Part shown: positions 26,375 through 34,469 of the stretch, piece after piece | Layout: each line of letters starts with the position of its first letter | How positions within the stretch are numbered: position 1 is the first letter of the stretch | Source of the DNA: Chthoniobacteraceae bacterium | GTDB lineage: Bacteria; Verrucomicrobiota; Verrucomicrobiia; Chthoniobacterales; Chthoniobacteraceae | DNA: 38,335 nucleotides | Direction of reading: 5' to 3' | Assembly: GCA_040081625.1 (NCBI GenBank) | Contig: JBEBGD010000048.1 | Span: 1 to 38,335 of the forward strand | The notes under the pieces: model-generated | Told to the model about the DNA's origin: nothing | What the model saw: the letters and a program-made list of their open reading frames with translations, nothing else | The model's database searches: none | Made by a program: the position numbers and the translations under genes

Positions 26375-28364
26375 CGGGTTTTTGGGCGACCAGCGCCTTG
26401 AGTTCGGGCAGTTGCTCCTGCGCGACCTCGCGGCCCAGCGCAATGTATTTGCGCGGGTTGGTGAAATCATACCACCGCGAGTCCTCCGTCCACGGGCGGA
26501 GCACCACGTCCGCGGCGGCGCACGATTGCTCGGCCACGCGCGTCTGGGCGCCGTGCAAGGCGCGCAGCATGACGTCGGCGACATTGCCGCGGGCGAAGTA
26601 GTTGATGTGGCGATTGAAAAAGGCGCCGATCCGCCCGGCGATGGAGTTCGCGGCCTGCGCCTCGCGTTCCCGCACGCGTCCGAGCGCCTCGCGGAGTCGC
26701 TCCGGCGTGGGGATCGTGTTCACGGCGATCACCCGTTCGATGCCCATTCCGCGCAGCACATTGACCGGGAGCGGATCGGCGACACCGCCGTCGATGAAGG
26801 TCTCGCCATCGATCACGACGGGCACGCAGATGCCGGGGATGGCGATGCTGGCCTCGACCGCGCGGCCGACATCGCCGGTCGAGAAGACCGCGCGCTCGAG
26901 CGTATCGAGATACGTGGCGACGACACGCAGCGGCAGCACGAGATCGGAAAAGGTGGCGGCGCCGATCGATTCGCGGAGGCGCTTGATGACGCGGCCGGTG
27001 CGGAGAAAGCCCTGCCGCGGCGGGAAGGAGGGATGCGCGAGGTGGAGCGCGCCCCATCGGGTCTCGAGTTCGCGCGCGATCTTCTCGCACTGCTCGCCGT
27101 TGTGCCCGGAGGTCCACACGGCGCCGACGTAGGCGCCCATGCTCGAACCGGCGACGCAATCGATCTCGATTCCGTTTTCCTCGAGCACCTGGATGACGCC
27201 GATGTGCGCGAGGCCCTTGGACGCGCCGGAGGAAAGGGCGAGCCCGATGCGGCAGCGTGCGATCTCGCGGGCGATGCGGTTGATATGCAGCGCGAAGTTT
27301 CCCGGCCGGTCGATGGAGCCATCGGTGCCCTCGAGCGGCGCGCCGCGAACGAAGGAATGAACCGGGCGCGCGAGCTGGTCGAGCTCCGCGCTGAACTCGC
27401 CCTCCACGCCGCAATCGCCGACGGAGACGATGGGCTTGATCTCCGCGCAAGCCGCCTTGTCCTCGCCGCAGACTCTGCCGAGCAGCGACTTGAAATCGAG
27501 CAGATGCTGGATGGTGGGCTCGATCCAGACGAAGGCCATGTCGGATTGCCCGAGCACCTCGACCGAGGTGGGCGCGTGGACCTCGGGATAGACATCGACG
27601 ATGACGAAATCGAAATGCCGCCCGAAGTGGCTGAGCAGCGGCGCGACAGCGGGCGGCTCCTGCTCGGTGCCGGCGACGTAGAGATTCAGCTCGTGATAAC
27701 CTTGCCGGTGCGCATGCACGTGCTCGGCGAAGCAGAGTTCATGTCCATCGAGACGGTCATGGCGCACGCAACCGGCGAGCGCCGGCTTCTCCGCGCCCGG
27801 CATGAGATGAAGCAGGAGGACCTGCTGGCCCGCGAGGCCGCGCAGCGCGATCGCGAGCCGCTTGGCAACGGCGCGCTGGTTGAGCTGCCGCGCGATGGCA
27901 AAGAGCGCGATGATGCGCCGCGTGTGCAGCGCGAACTTCCTCCGGCTCTCGTTCTGGATCCGGCGCTGGCGGGCGACGCCGAGGGAAAACTGCCCGGCGA
28001 CGGTGGAATTGTCCGCGAAGATCTCGCGCAGCAGCGCGCACGGGATCCGGAGCAGCTCGCTGCGGCTGAGCACGGTGATGGTCGTGCGATACGGCTCTTC
28101 GTGCAGCAGTTCCGCTTCGCCGAAGAGATCCCCGGGGCCAAAGACGCGCTCAACTTCCGCCGTGCCACTGTGCCCCGCGCGCTGTGCCTCGCACCGGCCG
28201 CTGATGAGGAGATGGATCGCCTCACACGGATCGCCTTCGCGCACGAGCACCGAACCCTTCGCATACTCCTGGAGCGTGGACTCGTCGGCGAGCCGGCTGA
28301 GCGCCGAAGTCGGGAAGAGCGAGAGCAGCGGATGCGACCGGAGCATTCGTGCGTTGAGAGTCAT
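26331..28364 (-). CDS. cNMP-binding domain + degenerate MinD/ParA-like domain + patatin-like phospholipase
   Basis: N-terminal cNMP domain (VREGD, GDLFGE). C-terminal patatin motifs LALSSGASKG, GSSMG, ASIAIPG and DGG. Confidence 0.85.
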   Translation of the reverse strand: MTLNARMLRSHPLLSLFPTSALSRLADESTLQEYAKGSVLVREGDPCEAIHLLISGRCEAQRAGHSGTAEVERVFGPGDLFGEAELLHEEPYRTTITVLSRSELLRIPCALLREIFADNSTVAGQFSLGVARQRRIQNESRRKFALHTRRIIALFAIARQLNQRAVAKRLAIALRGLAGQQVLLLHLMPGAEKPALAGCVRHDRLDGHELCFAEHVHAHRQGYHELNLYVAGTEQEPPAVAPLLSHFGRHFDFVIVDVYPEVHAPTSVEVLGQSDMAFVWIEPTIQHLLDFKSLLGRVCGEDKAACAEIKPIVSVGDCGVEGEFSAELDQLARPVHSFVRGAPLEGTDGSIDRPGNFALHINRIAREIARCRIGLALSSGASKGLAHIGVIQVLEENGIEIDCVAGSSMGAYVGAVWTSGHNGEQCEKIARELETRWGALHLAHPSFPPRQGFLRTGRVIKRLRESIGAATFSDLVLPLRVVATYLDTLERAVFSTGDVGRAVEASIAIPGICVPVVIDGETFIDGGVADPLPVNVLRGMGIERVIAVNTIPTPERLREALGRVREREAQAANSIAGRIGAFFNRHINYFARGNVADVMLRALHGAQTRVAEQSCAAADVVLRPWTEDSRWYDFTNPRKYIALGREVAQEQLPELKALVAQKPDDDDIPQPRLAPAA

Positions 28365-28534
28365 GGCGATTCGCGACCTCCTTCGGCTGCCTGTCCTTCA
28401 GGCACATGCTCAACTTGGCGAATCGATGTGGGAGAAAATCGGGGCAACCGTTGTTGGTCGGTTAGGATTTGTCTTTGATTGCCATTCACTACCACACGCC
28501 GAGCGGCGCGGCAATGCGCGGGGCTGTGGCAACG

Positions 28535-29500
28535 CTACAGGAAGCTCAGAATCGCGGGCAGTTGCGTGAGGTCGAGGTTTCCGCCGGAGAAGGTCGCGAC
28601 GACTTTTTGGCCGGCCAACTTCTCGCGCTGCTGGAGCGCGGCGGCGAGCGTCGCCGCGCCGGCGCCCTCGGCGAGATTGTGCGTGTGCTTCAAGAGTAGC
28701 GCGGCGGCGTGGCGAAGTTCGTCGTCGCTCACGAGGATCACGTCGTCCATGTGCTCGCGCATGATCGCGAGCGTCATCTCCGCGGGCACGCGCGTGGCGA
28801 GCCCCTCGGCCCATGTCTTCGCCGACGGCTCCTCGATCCACTCGCCGCTCTGCCACGAGCGCGCGACGGCGGGCGCGTTGTGCGACTGAACGCCGATGAT
28901 CTTCGTCCGCGGGCGGCGATGCTTCGCGACGATGCACGTGCCGCACACGCCGCTGCCGAGGCCGATGGGGACGAGGATCACGTCCGGCTCCGGCAGCTTC
29001 TCGAAGATCTCCCATGCCATCGTGCCGACGCCCGCGATGAGTTTCGGTTCGTTCGCGGAATGCACGCAACGGCCGCCGCGCTCGCGCTGGATTGTGGCGA
29101 CGTGTTCGCGCGCTTCGTCGAAGTCGCGCCCGTGCTCGATCAGCTCCGCGCCGAGCTGGCGGATCGCGCGATTCTTGTCCGGGTTATTTCCCACGGGGAC
29201 GATGATCGTGCAGCGCACGCCGAAGTGCTTCGCCGCGAACGCGAGCGACTGCCCGTGGTTGCCGGTCGAGACACCGATGATCCCCACCGCCCGCTCTTCC
29301 GGCGTGAGCGTCGCGACGAGATTGATGCCGCCGCGCACTTTGAATGCGCCGACCGGCTGATGGTTCTCGTGCTTCAACCACAGCTCGCATCCGCACAGCT
29401 CGGAAAGCCCCGGCCACTCGCGCAGCAGCGTCGGGTTCAACACCGCATGGACGCGCGGCAGCGCGTCGAGCACATCGGAGTAGGAGACGGGCGGATTCAC
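28535..29500 (-). CDS. PLP-dependent threonine/serine dehydratase-family enzyme (no regulatory ACT domain)
   Basis: LKHENHQPVGAFKVRG PLP-lysine motif, STGNHGQ, PIGLGSG and SGGN. Start moved to GTG 29500. Confidence 0.88.
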   Translation of the reverse strand: MNPPVSYSDVLDALPRVHAVLNPTLLREWPGLSELCGCELWLKHENHQPVGAFKVRGGINLVATLTPEERAVGIIGVSTGNHGQSLAFAAKHFGVRCTIIVPVGNNPDKNRAIRQLGAELIEHGRDFDEAREHVATIQRERGGRCVHSANEPKLIAGVGTMAWEIFEKLPEPDVILVPIGLGSGVCGTCIVAKHRRPRTKIIGVQSHNAPAVARSWQSGEWIEEPSAKTWAEGLATRVPAEMTLAIMREHMDDVILVSDDELRHAAALLLKHTHNLAEGAGAATLAAALQQREKLAGQKVVATFSGGNLDLTQLPAILSFL

Positions 29501-29576
29501 GCGCCGAGACTCACCGACACGCCCGGCCCTTTTCAAGCCCGCAGCCCGTGCTACGCTGCGCGCCCTTTTTCCATCC

Positions 29577-30770
29577 ATGGCCATCAGCAGCATCATCCCA
29601 AACGACCGGCTCGACCGGATCGAGTTCAGCAACGACGAGATCGCACGTTACTCGCGGCACCTCATCATGCCGGAGGTCACGCTCGAGGGGCAGAAGCGGC
29701 TCAAGGCCGCGAGCATCCTTTGCATCGGCACCGGCGGGCTCGGGTCGCCGATCGCGCTCTACCTCGCCGCGGCGGGCGTCGGCCGGCTCGGTCTCGTCGA
29801 TGGCGACGTGGTCGATTTCTCGAATCTCCAGCGGCAGATTTTGCACGGCACCAAGGACGTGGGGCGCAAGAAACTCAATTCCGCGCGCGACCGGATCCGC
29901 GACGTGAACCCGAACGTGCAGGTCGATCTTTACGACACCTATTTCACGTCGGCGAATGCGCGCGAGATGGTCGCGCCTTACGACATCGTGATCGATGGAA
30001 CGGACAATTTTCCGACGCGCTATCTCTCGAACGACATCTGCGTCTTCCTGAAAAAGCCGAACATCTACGGCTCGATCTTCCGTTTCGACGGGCAGTGCAC
30101 CGTCTTCGCGCCGCACCTCGGCGGGCCGTGCTATCGCTGCATGTTCCCCGAACCGCCGCCGCCGGGGATGGTGCCGAGCTGCGCGGAAGGCGGCGTGCTC
30201 GGCGTGCTGCCGGGGATCATCGGCGTGATGCAGGCGATCGAAGCGGTGAAGCTGATCATCGGCATCGGCGAGCCGCTGATCGGGCGCATGATCCAGTTCG
30301 ACGCGCTGAAGATGAAGTTCCGCGAGTTCAAGCTGCGCCGCGATCCGAAGTGCCCGGTGTGCTCGGAGAATCCGACGATCACCGACCTGATCGACTACGA
30401 CCAATTCTGCGGCATCCCGCAGGCGAAGGCCGCGGAGGAGGAGGAAGCGCACGTGCCGTCGATCACCGCGACGCAGCTAAAGGCGAAGCTCGATCGCAGC
30501 GAAAACTTCCGGCTCATCGACGTGCGCGAGCCGTTCGAGTGGGACATCTGCCGCATTCCCGGCGCGACGCTCATCCCGCTCGGCCAGCTCCCGGCGCGGC
30601 TCAGCGAACTCGATAGCGCCGACGAAATCGTGCTCCAGTGCAAGAGCGGCATGCGCTCCGCGCGCGCGCTGCACCTGCTCCAGGAAGCCGGGTTCGGAAA
30701 GCTCTGGAACCTCGATGGCGGGATCACCGCCTGGGCCGAGCAGGTCGATCCGAAGGTGCCGAAGTATTAG
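29577..30770 (+). CDS. moeB: MoeB/ThiF-family adenylyltransferase with C-terminal rhodanese (MoeZ-type)
   Basis: RYSRHL, GTGGLGS, SNLQRQ, DGTDNF, two CxxC zinc motifs and a rhodanese domain (DVRE, CKSGMRS, LDGGI). Confidence 0.92.
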   Translation: MAISSIIPNDRLDRIEFSNDEIARYSRHLIMPEVTLEGQKRLKAASILCIGTGGLGSPIALYLAAAGVGRLGLVDGDVVDFSNLQRQILHGTKDVGRKKLNSARDRIRDVNPNVQVDLYDTYFTSANAREMVAPYDIVIDGTDNFPTRYLSNDICVFLKKPNIYGSIFRFDGQCTVFAPHLGGPCYRCMFPEPPPPGMVPSCAEGGVLGVLPGIIGVMQAIEAVKLIIGIGEPLIGRMIQFDALKMKFREFKLRRDPKCPVCSENPTITDLIDYDQFCGIPQAKAAEEEEAHVPSITATQLKAKLDRSENFRLIDVREPFEWDICRIPGATLIPLGQLPARLSELDSADEIVLQCKSGMRSARALHLLQEAGFGKLWNLDGGITAWAEQVDPKVPKY

Positions 30771-30776
30771 CGGCAA

Positions 30777-30827
30777 CGCGTCGCTGAGCGACGCGGCTAC
30801 AATGTAGCCACGGCGCTCTGCGCCGTG
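30777..30827. repeat. divergent pair of GTAG-type REP sequences
   Basis: Minus strand GTAGC-CGCGTCGC-TCA-GCGACGCG (30777-30800); plus strand GTAGC-CACGGCGC-TCT-GCGCCGTG (30804-30827). Located between convergent genes. Confidence 0.75.
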
Positions 30828-30839
30828 CCGCGACGAGCC

Positions 30840-32153
30840 TTAGACGGCCTCGTATTTCCCGGGCACGGGCAGCGGATACTGGCCGTTCTCGTCGGGCTTC
30901 ACCGGGGGCTCGTCGTCGAAGCTCTTGATGATCGGCGCGAGTGTCTTCTCGGTCTTCATCATGTCTTCCCAGAAGACTTCCTTGCCCGAGTAGGCGGCGC
31001 TGCGGCCCATGATGACGCTGAGCGTGGAGAGCGCGCCGCGCTCGGCTTCGTTGTAGTCCTGGTTGCCGATGATCGCGGCGATCATGTCGTCGTGCTCCTG
31101 CTGATACGGATCCTTCACCTTCTCCTCGCTTGGGCGGCGCCATTCGTTTTTGCCGCGGATGACGAAGGTGTTGCGGTTGTCCACCATCTCCGCCCAGCCG
31201 TCGCTGCCGTGCGCGGACTCGGCGACATAGGCCCAGCAGCCAGGCACCTGGCGGTTGGTTTGAAAGCAGCGCGTGCCGTCGGCGTATTCGTATTCGACGT
31301 TGAAGTGATCGTAGAGCGAACCGGCGTCCCTTCCCTTGCGCACCTCGGCGCCACCCATGCCGCGCGCGGCGATGGGATATGCGCCCTTGATCCAGTTGAT
31401 GACGTCGAGGTTGTGCAGGCCTTGATCGACGATGATGTCGCCGCACTGCCACGCGAAGTAGAACTGGTTACGGAGCTGGAACTCCATCTCGGTCATGCCG
31501 GGCTTGCGGGGGACCATCGCGCGCGCTTCGCCCATGTTCCAATACGCGCGGTAGTAGGCTTGCTGGCCGAGCGCGCCGTCCTGGATGCGCTTGATCGTCT
31601 CGATGTAGCCGGCCTTGTGGCGGCGCTGGAGTCCGACGCCGACCTTGAGGCCCTTCTTTTTCGCCTCGAGCGCGGCAGCGAGCACGCGGCGCGCGCCGGG
31701 CGCATCGACGGCGACGGGTTTTTCCAGGAAGGCGTGCTTGCCCTGCCGGATCGCCTCTTCAAACATCATCGGGCGGAAGATGCACGGCGTGGCAAGGACG
31801 ACGACATCGCACGCGGCGATCGCCTGCTTGTAGGCCTCGAAGCCAATGAATCGGCGCTCCTCGGGCACATCGACCTGGCCGGGGTTCTGCGTGTCGAGGT
31901 TCTTGATGGCGATGTCCGCACGGTCCTTATACAGCTCGGCGATGGCGACGAGCTTGAGGCCCTTATAGGCGTGCAGCGCCTGGTTCGCCGCGCCGGAGCC
32001 GCGACCACCGCCGCCGACCATCGCGAGTTTCAAATCGCCACTGCCCTGCGCGTGGGCGAAGCGGGCGATGGGCAGCGCGGCGAGCGCGGCCGATGCGCCA
32101 CGGAGAAAACTGCGGCGGGGAAGGACGAGGCGGGAGTCGGAGGAGTTTTTCAT
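30840..32153 (-). CDS. Tat-exported Gfo/Idh/MocA oxidoreductase
   Basis: RRSFL Tat signal from ATG 32153, VGGGGRG Rossmann motif, EKPVA, GLQRRH and HNLDV. Confidence 0.9.
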   Translation of the reverse strand: MKNSSDSRLVLPRRSFLRGASAALAALPIARFAHAQGSGDLKLAMVGGGGRGSGAANQALHAYKGLKLVAIAELYKDRADIAIKNLDTQNPGQVDVPEERRFIGFEAYKQAIAACDVVVLATPCIFRPMMFEEAIRQGKHAFLEKPVAVDAPGARRVLAAALEAKKKGLKVGVGLQRRHKAGYIETIKRIQDGALGQQAYYRAYWNMGEARAMVPRKPGMTEMEFQLRNQFYFAWQCGDIIVDQGLHNLDVINWIKGAYPIAARGMGGAEVRKGRDAGSLYDHFNVEYEYADGTRCFQTNRQVPGCWAYVAESAHGSDGWAEMVDNRNTFVIRGKNEWRRPSEEKVKDPYQQEHDDMIAAIIGNQDYNEAERGALSTLSVIMGRSAAYSGKEVFWEDMMKTEKTLAPIIKSFDDEPPVKPDENGQYPLPVPGKYEAV

Positions 32154-32212
32154 TTGGGATGAGTAGTGAGGATGAGCACGCGGAGCGCGATGTCGGCAAT
32201 AGTTTTCTCGGC

Positions 32213-33148
32213 TCAATCCCATTGCACGTCGAGCGCCATGCGGCGCGCGAGCGCGCGCACTTCGGCGTCGAGTTCCGCGCCGGTGCGTCCGCGCAGGAGA
32301 TGTTTCTGTTCGGCTTCGACTGGAGAAGTCGAGATGCGCAGCGCGTCGAGATACGCGGCGACGCCGGCGGCATCGCCCTTTCCGTCGTGGCGGAGAAACC
32401 AGTGCGTGAGCAGCGCGGAGGAGTTGTAGAGGTCGTAGGCGGAGAGCGCGGCGAACTGCCGCTGCCAGTCGGCGGGCGTGAGCGTCATCAGCTTCGAGGG
32501 CGCGATCAGGCGCAGGCCGCGGGCGTTGGGACTGCGGCGCCACTTCAGCAGGTAGTCGCGCAGCGCGCTGTCGAGGCCGGTGAAAGTGTAGCGTCCGCGG
32601 ACGTATGGCGCGGCTGCGAAAGTCTCGGCGATCCCGGTCTGCAACCACGGCGGCATCGGCAGCGGCTTGGTGCCGAGCATCTGGAGCGTGATGATGTGCT
32701 TGAGCACGAAAAGATGCGGCGTGTGCTCGGTCGTGAGCGCCTGCGTCGTGGGCTTGATGCCGATGTTCGGCAGCAGGATGACGGTCGCGGTGCCGTCGTA
32801 GCTCGCGCCGCTGCCTCCACTGCCGCCGGCGCGCGAGTAGCTAGCGGCGTCGGTGCACAAGCGCACGAGATGGCGCTGCGGTTCGGCGGCGGTGCGGAAG
32901 CCGAGCGGCGCGGCGCGCACCGCGGCACGCGTGGCCTCGAAGACGGCGGCGAGATCGCGGATGAGGCCTTGCGGGAGCTTAGACTCCGAGGCGATGAGGA
33001 AGTGCGCGCTCTGCCACGTCGCCGCCATGCTTGCGCTGTATGGGGCGGCGGGCTGCACGTCGAAGCTCTCCGCCGCGACGCTCGCCGGCCACGCGGACTG
33101 CGCGCGCGCGATCGAGACGAGCGCGAGAAGAATGACGAGGATTTTCAT
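32213..33148 (-). CDS. secreted hypothetical protein, zincin/DUF1570-like with a degenerate metal site
   Basis: Signal peptide. Context VLKHIITLQML...PPWLQTGIAE resembles the HExxH...PxWxxEGxAE gluzincin pattern. Also YNSSALLTHWF. Confidence 0.6.
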   Translation of the reverse strand: MKILVILLALVSIARAQSAWPASVAAESFDVQPAAPYSASMAATWQSAHFLIASESKLPQGLIRDLAAVFEATRAAVRAAPLGFRTAAEPQRHLVRLCTDAASYSRAGGSGGSGASYDGTATVILLPNIGIKPTTQALTTEHTPHLFVLKHIITLQMLGTKPLPMPPWLQTGIAETFAAAPYVRGRYTFTGLDSALRDYLLKWRRSPNARGLRLIAPSKLMTLTPADWQRQFAALSAYDLYNSSALLTHWFLRHDGKGDAAGVAAYLDALRISTSPVEAEQKHLLRGRTGAELDAEVRALARRMALDVQWD

Positions 33149-33198
33149 TTTCAGTTTGGCGGGAGTGCGATGCTACGGGCAACGTGCGCCGCCCCGCA

Positions 33199-33834
33199 AT
33201 GAATCTGCCCAATCAACTCACCTGCTCACGCTTCGTGCTGACCGCGGGTTTCGTCGCGTTCATGACGCTCGCGTGGCGCTGGCCGAATAACGACGCGACC
33301 TTCGGCGCGTTGCCGCCACGGCTGAGCTGGGGCTGGGGTTACACGGCGGCGCTGGCGATGTTCGTGCTCGCGTCGATCACCGACTGGCTGGACGGCTGGC
33401 TCGCGCGGCGGATGAATCTGATGAGCGACTTCGGAAAGCTGATGGACCCGCTCGCCGACAAGGTGCTGATCGCCGCGGCGTTCATCTGCCTGATCCCGGA
33501 GAAGGCGATGCCGGCGTGGAGCGCGATCGTGATCATCAGTCGCGAGTTTCTCATCACCGGGCTGCGGCTGCTCGCAGCGAGCAAGGGCGTGGTGCTGCCC
33601 TCCGAGCGGCTCGGCAAGCACAAGACGGCGTGGCAGATGATCACGGTGATCTATTTCCTCGTGCTGCTCTCGCTCATGGAGTTCGAGCGCACGGGCGTGA
33701 TCTCGGGGCTCTACTGGTGGGCGCACGCGTGGAGCTACGGCGGCGGCTTCCTCATCGCGCTGGCCGTGGGGCTCACGCTGACTTCCGGGTTCGGCTACGT
33801 GTGGAAAAACCGCGCGCTGATCGCGGCGAAGTAG
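33199..33834 (+). CDS. pgsA: CDP-diacylglycerol--glycerol-3-phosphate 3-phosphatidyltransferase
   Basis: MNLPNQLT..R, TDWLDGWLARR...FGKLMDPLADK (CDP-alcohol phosphotransferase motif), REFLITGLR and GKHKT. Confidence 0.93.
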   Translation: MNLPNQLTCSRFVLTAGFVAFMTLAWRWPNNDATFGALPPRLSWGWGYTAALAMFVLASITDWLDGWLARRMNLMSDFGKLMDPLADKVLIAAAFICLIPEKAMPAWSAIVIISREFLITGLRLLAASKGVVLPSERLGKHKTAWQMITVIYFLVLLSLMEFERTGVISGLYWWAHAWSYGGGFLIALAVGLTLTSGFGYVWKNRALIAAK

Positions 33835-33841
33835 CGCCCGT

Positions 33842-34462
33842 TCAGCGCAGGTCGAGCCGGTCGCCGGGCTGCATCTTCGGGTCTTGCGAGGGATCCTTGT
33901 TCAGCTTCTTGAGGCTGAAGGTCGTCACCGCGCCGCCACGGATCAGGTCGATCTTGTCGCCGGCAAAATCGCCGGGGCCACCCGCGCCTGCGACGGCCAC
34001 CAGCAAGGTCAGGTCGGAAGACCACGGCTGGCGGTTCGGCGCGCGGACGTTGCCGCCGACGGTGATGAAACGGGCCTGGTTCGGCACGCTGATCATCGCG
34101 GTCGGGTTTGTGAAAATCTTCTCGTCGATCAGCTTCCTTTCGATCGCCTTTTCGAGCTGACTCTGCGTGATGCCAGCCGCGCGGATCTGGCCGCAGAGCG
34201 GGAGATTGATGTAGCCGTCGCCGCTGATCGTAAACTCGAGGGAGAACATGGCCGCGTATTCCGGCGGCATGCCGCCGAGACGCAACCCGATAGAATCGCC
34301 GACGCGAAATGCGGCACCTCCACCCCCGCCCTGCGGGGCCGAAGCAGGCTGGCCGACGGGCAGTGCGCGCCGGACTTCGGGCTCGGCCGCCGCGGACTGG
34401 GCCGAAGCTGGACTGACAAGAGCGATGAGGATCGCGGGGATGAGGAATGTGAAAAGGCGCAT
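33842..34462 (-). CDS. short OPX / polysaccharide export protein (Poly_export + SLBB)
   Basis: Signal peptide from ATG 34462. FRVGDSI, DGYINLPLCGQIRAAG, VGGNVRAP, AGG and ending at PGDRLDLR. Confidence 0.85.
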   Translation of the reverse strand: MRLFTFLIPAILIALVSPASAQSAAAEPEVRRALPVGQPASAPQGGGGGAAFRVGDSIGLRLGGMPPEYAAMFSLEFTISGDGYINLPLCGQIRAAGITQSQLEKAIERKLIDEKIFTNPTAMISVPNQARFITVGGNVRAPNRQPWSSDLTLLVAVAGAGGPGDFAGDKIDLIRGGAVTTFSLKKLNKDPSQDPKMQPGDRLDLR

Positions 34463-34469
34463 GGGAGGG

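Noticed and set aside
26331..28364. Patatin plus nucleotide sensor as a CBASS/Pycsar-type defence effector
   Set aside because: No cyclase or CD-NTase is nearby, and the gene is translationally coupled to metabolic genes. An NTE/RssA-like patatin is more parsimonious.
19705..28478. Long plus-strand ORFs (838, 620, 707 aa and others) opposite the beta-oxidation operon
   Set aside because: Antisense shadows of well-supported minus-strand genes.
32154..32648. Extended N-terminus of the Gfo/Idh/MocA ORF (602 aa in the track)
   Set aside because: It overlaps the upstream gene in another frame. The Tat signal defines the start at 32153.
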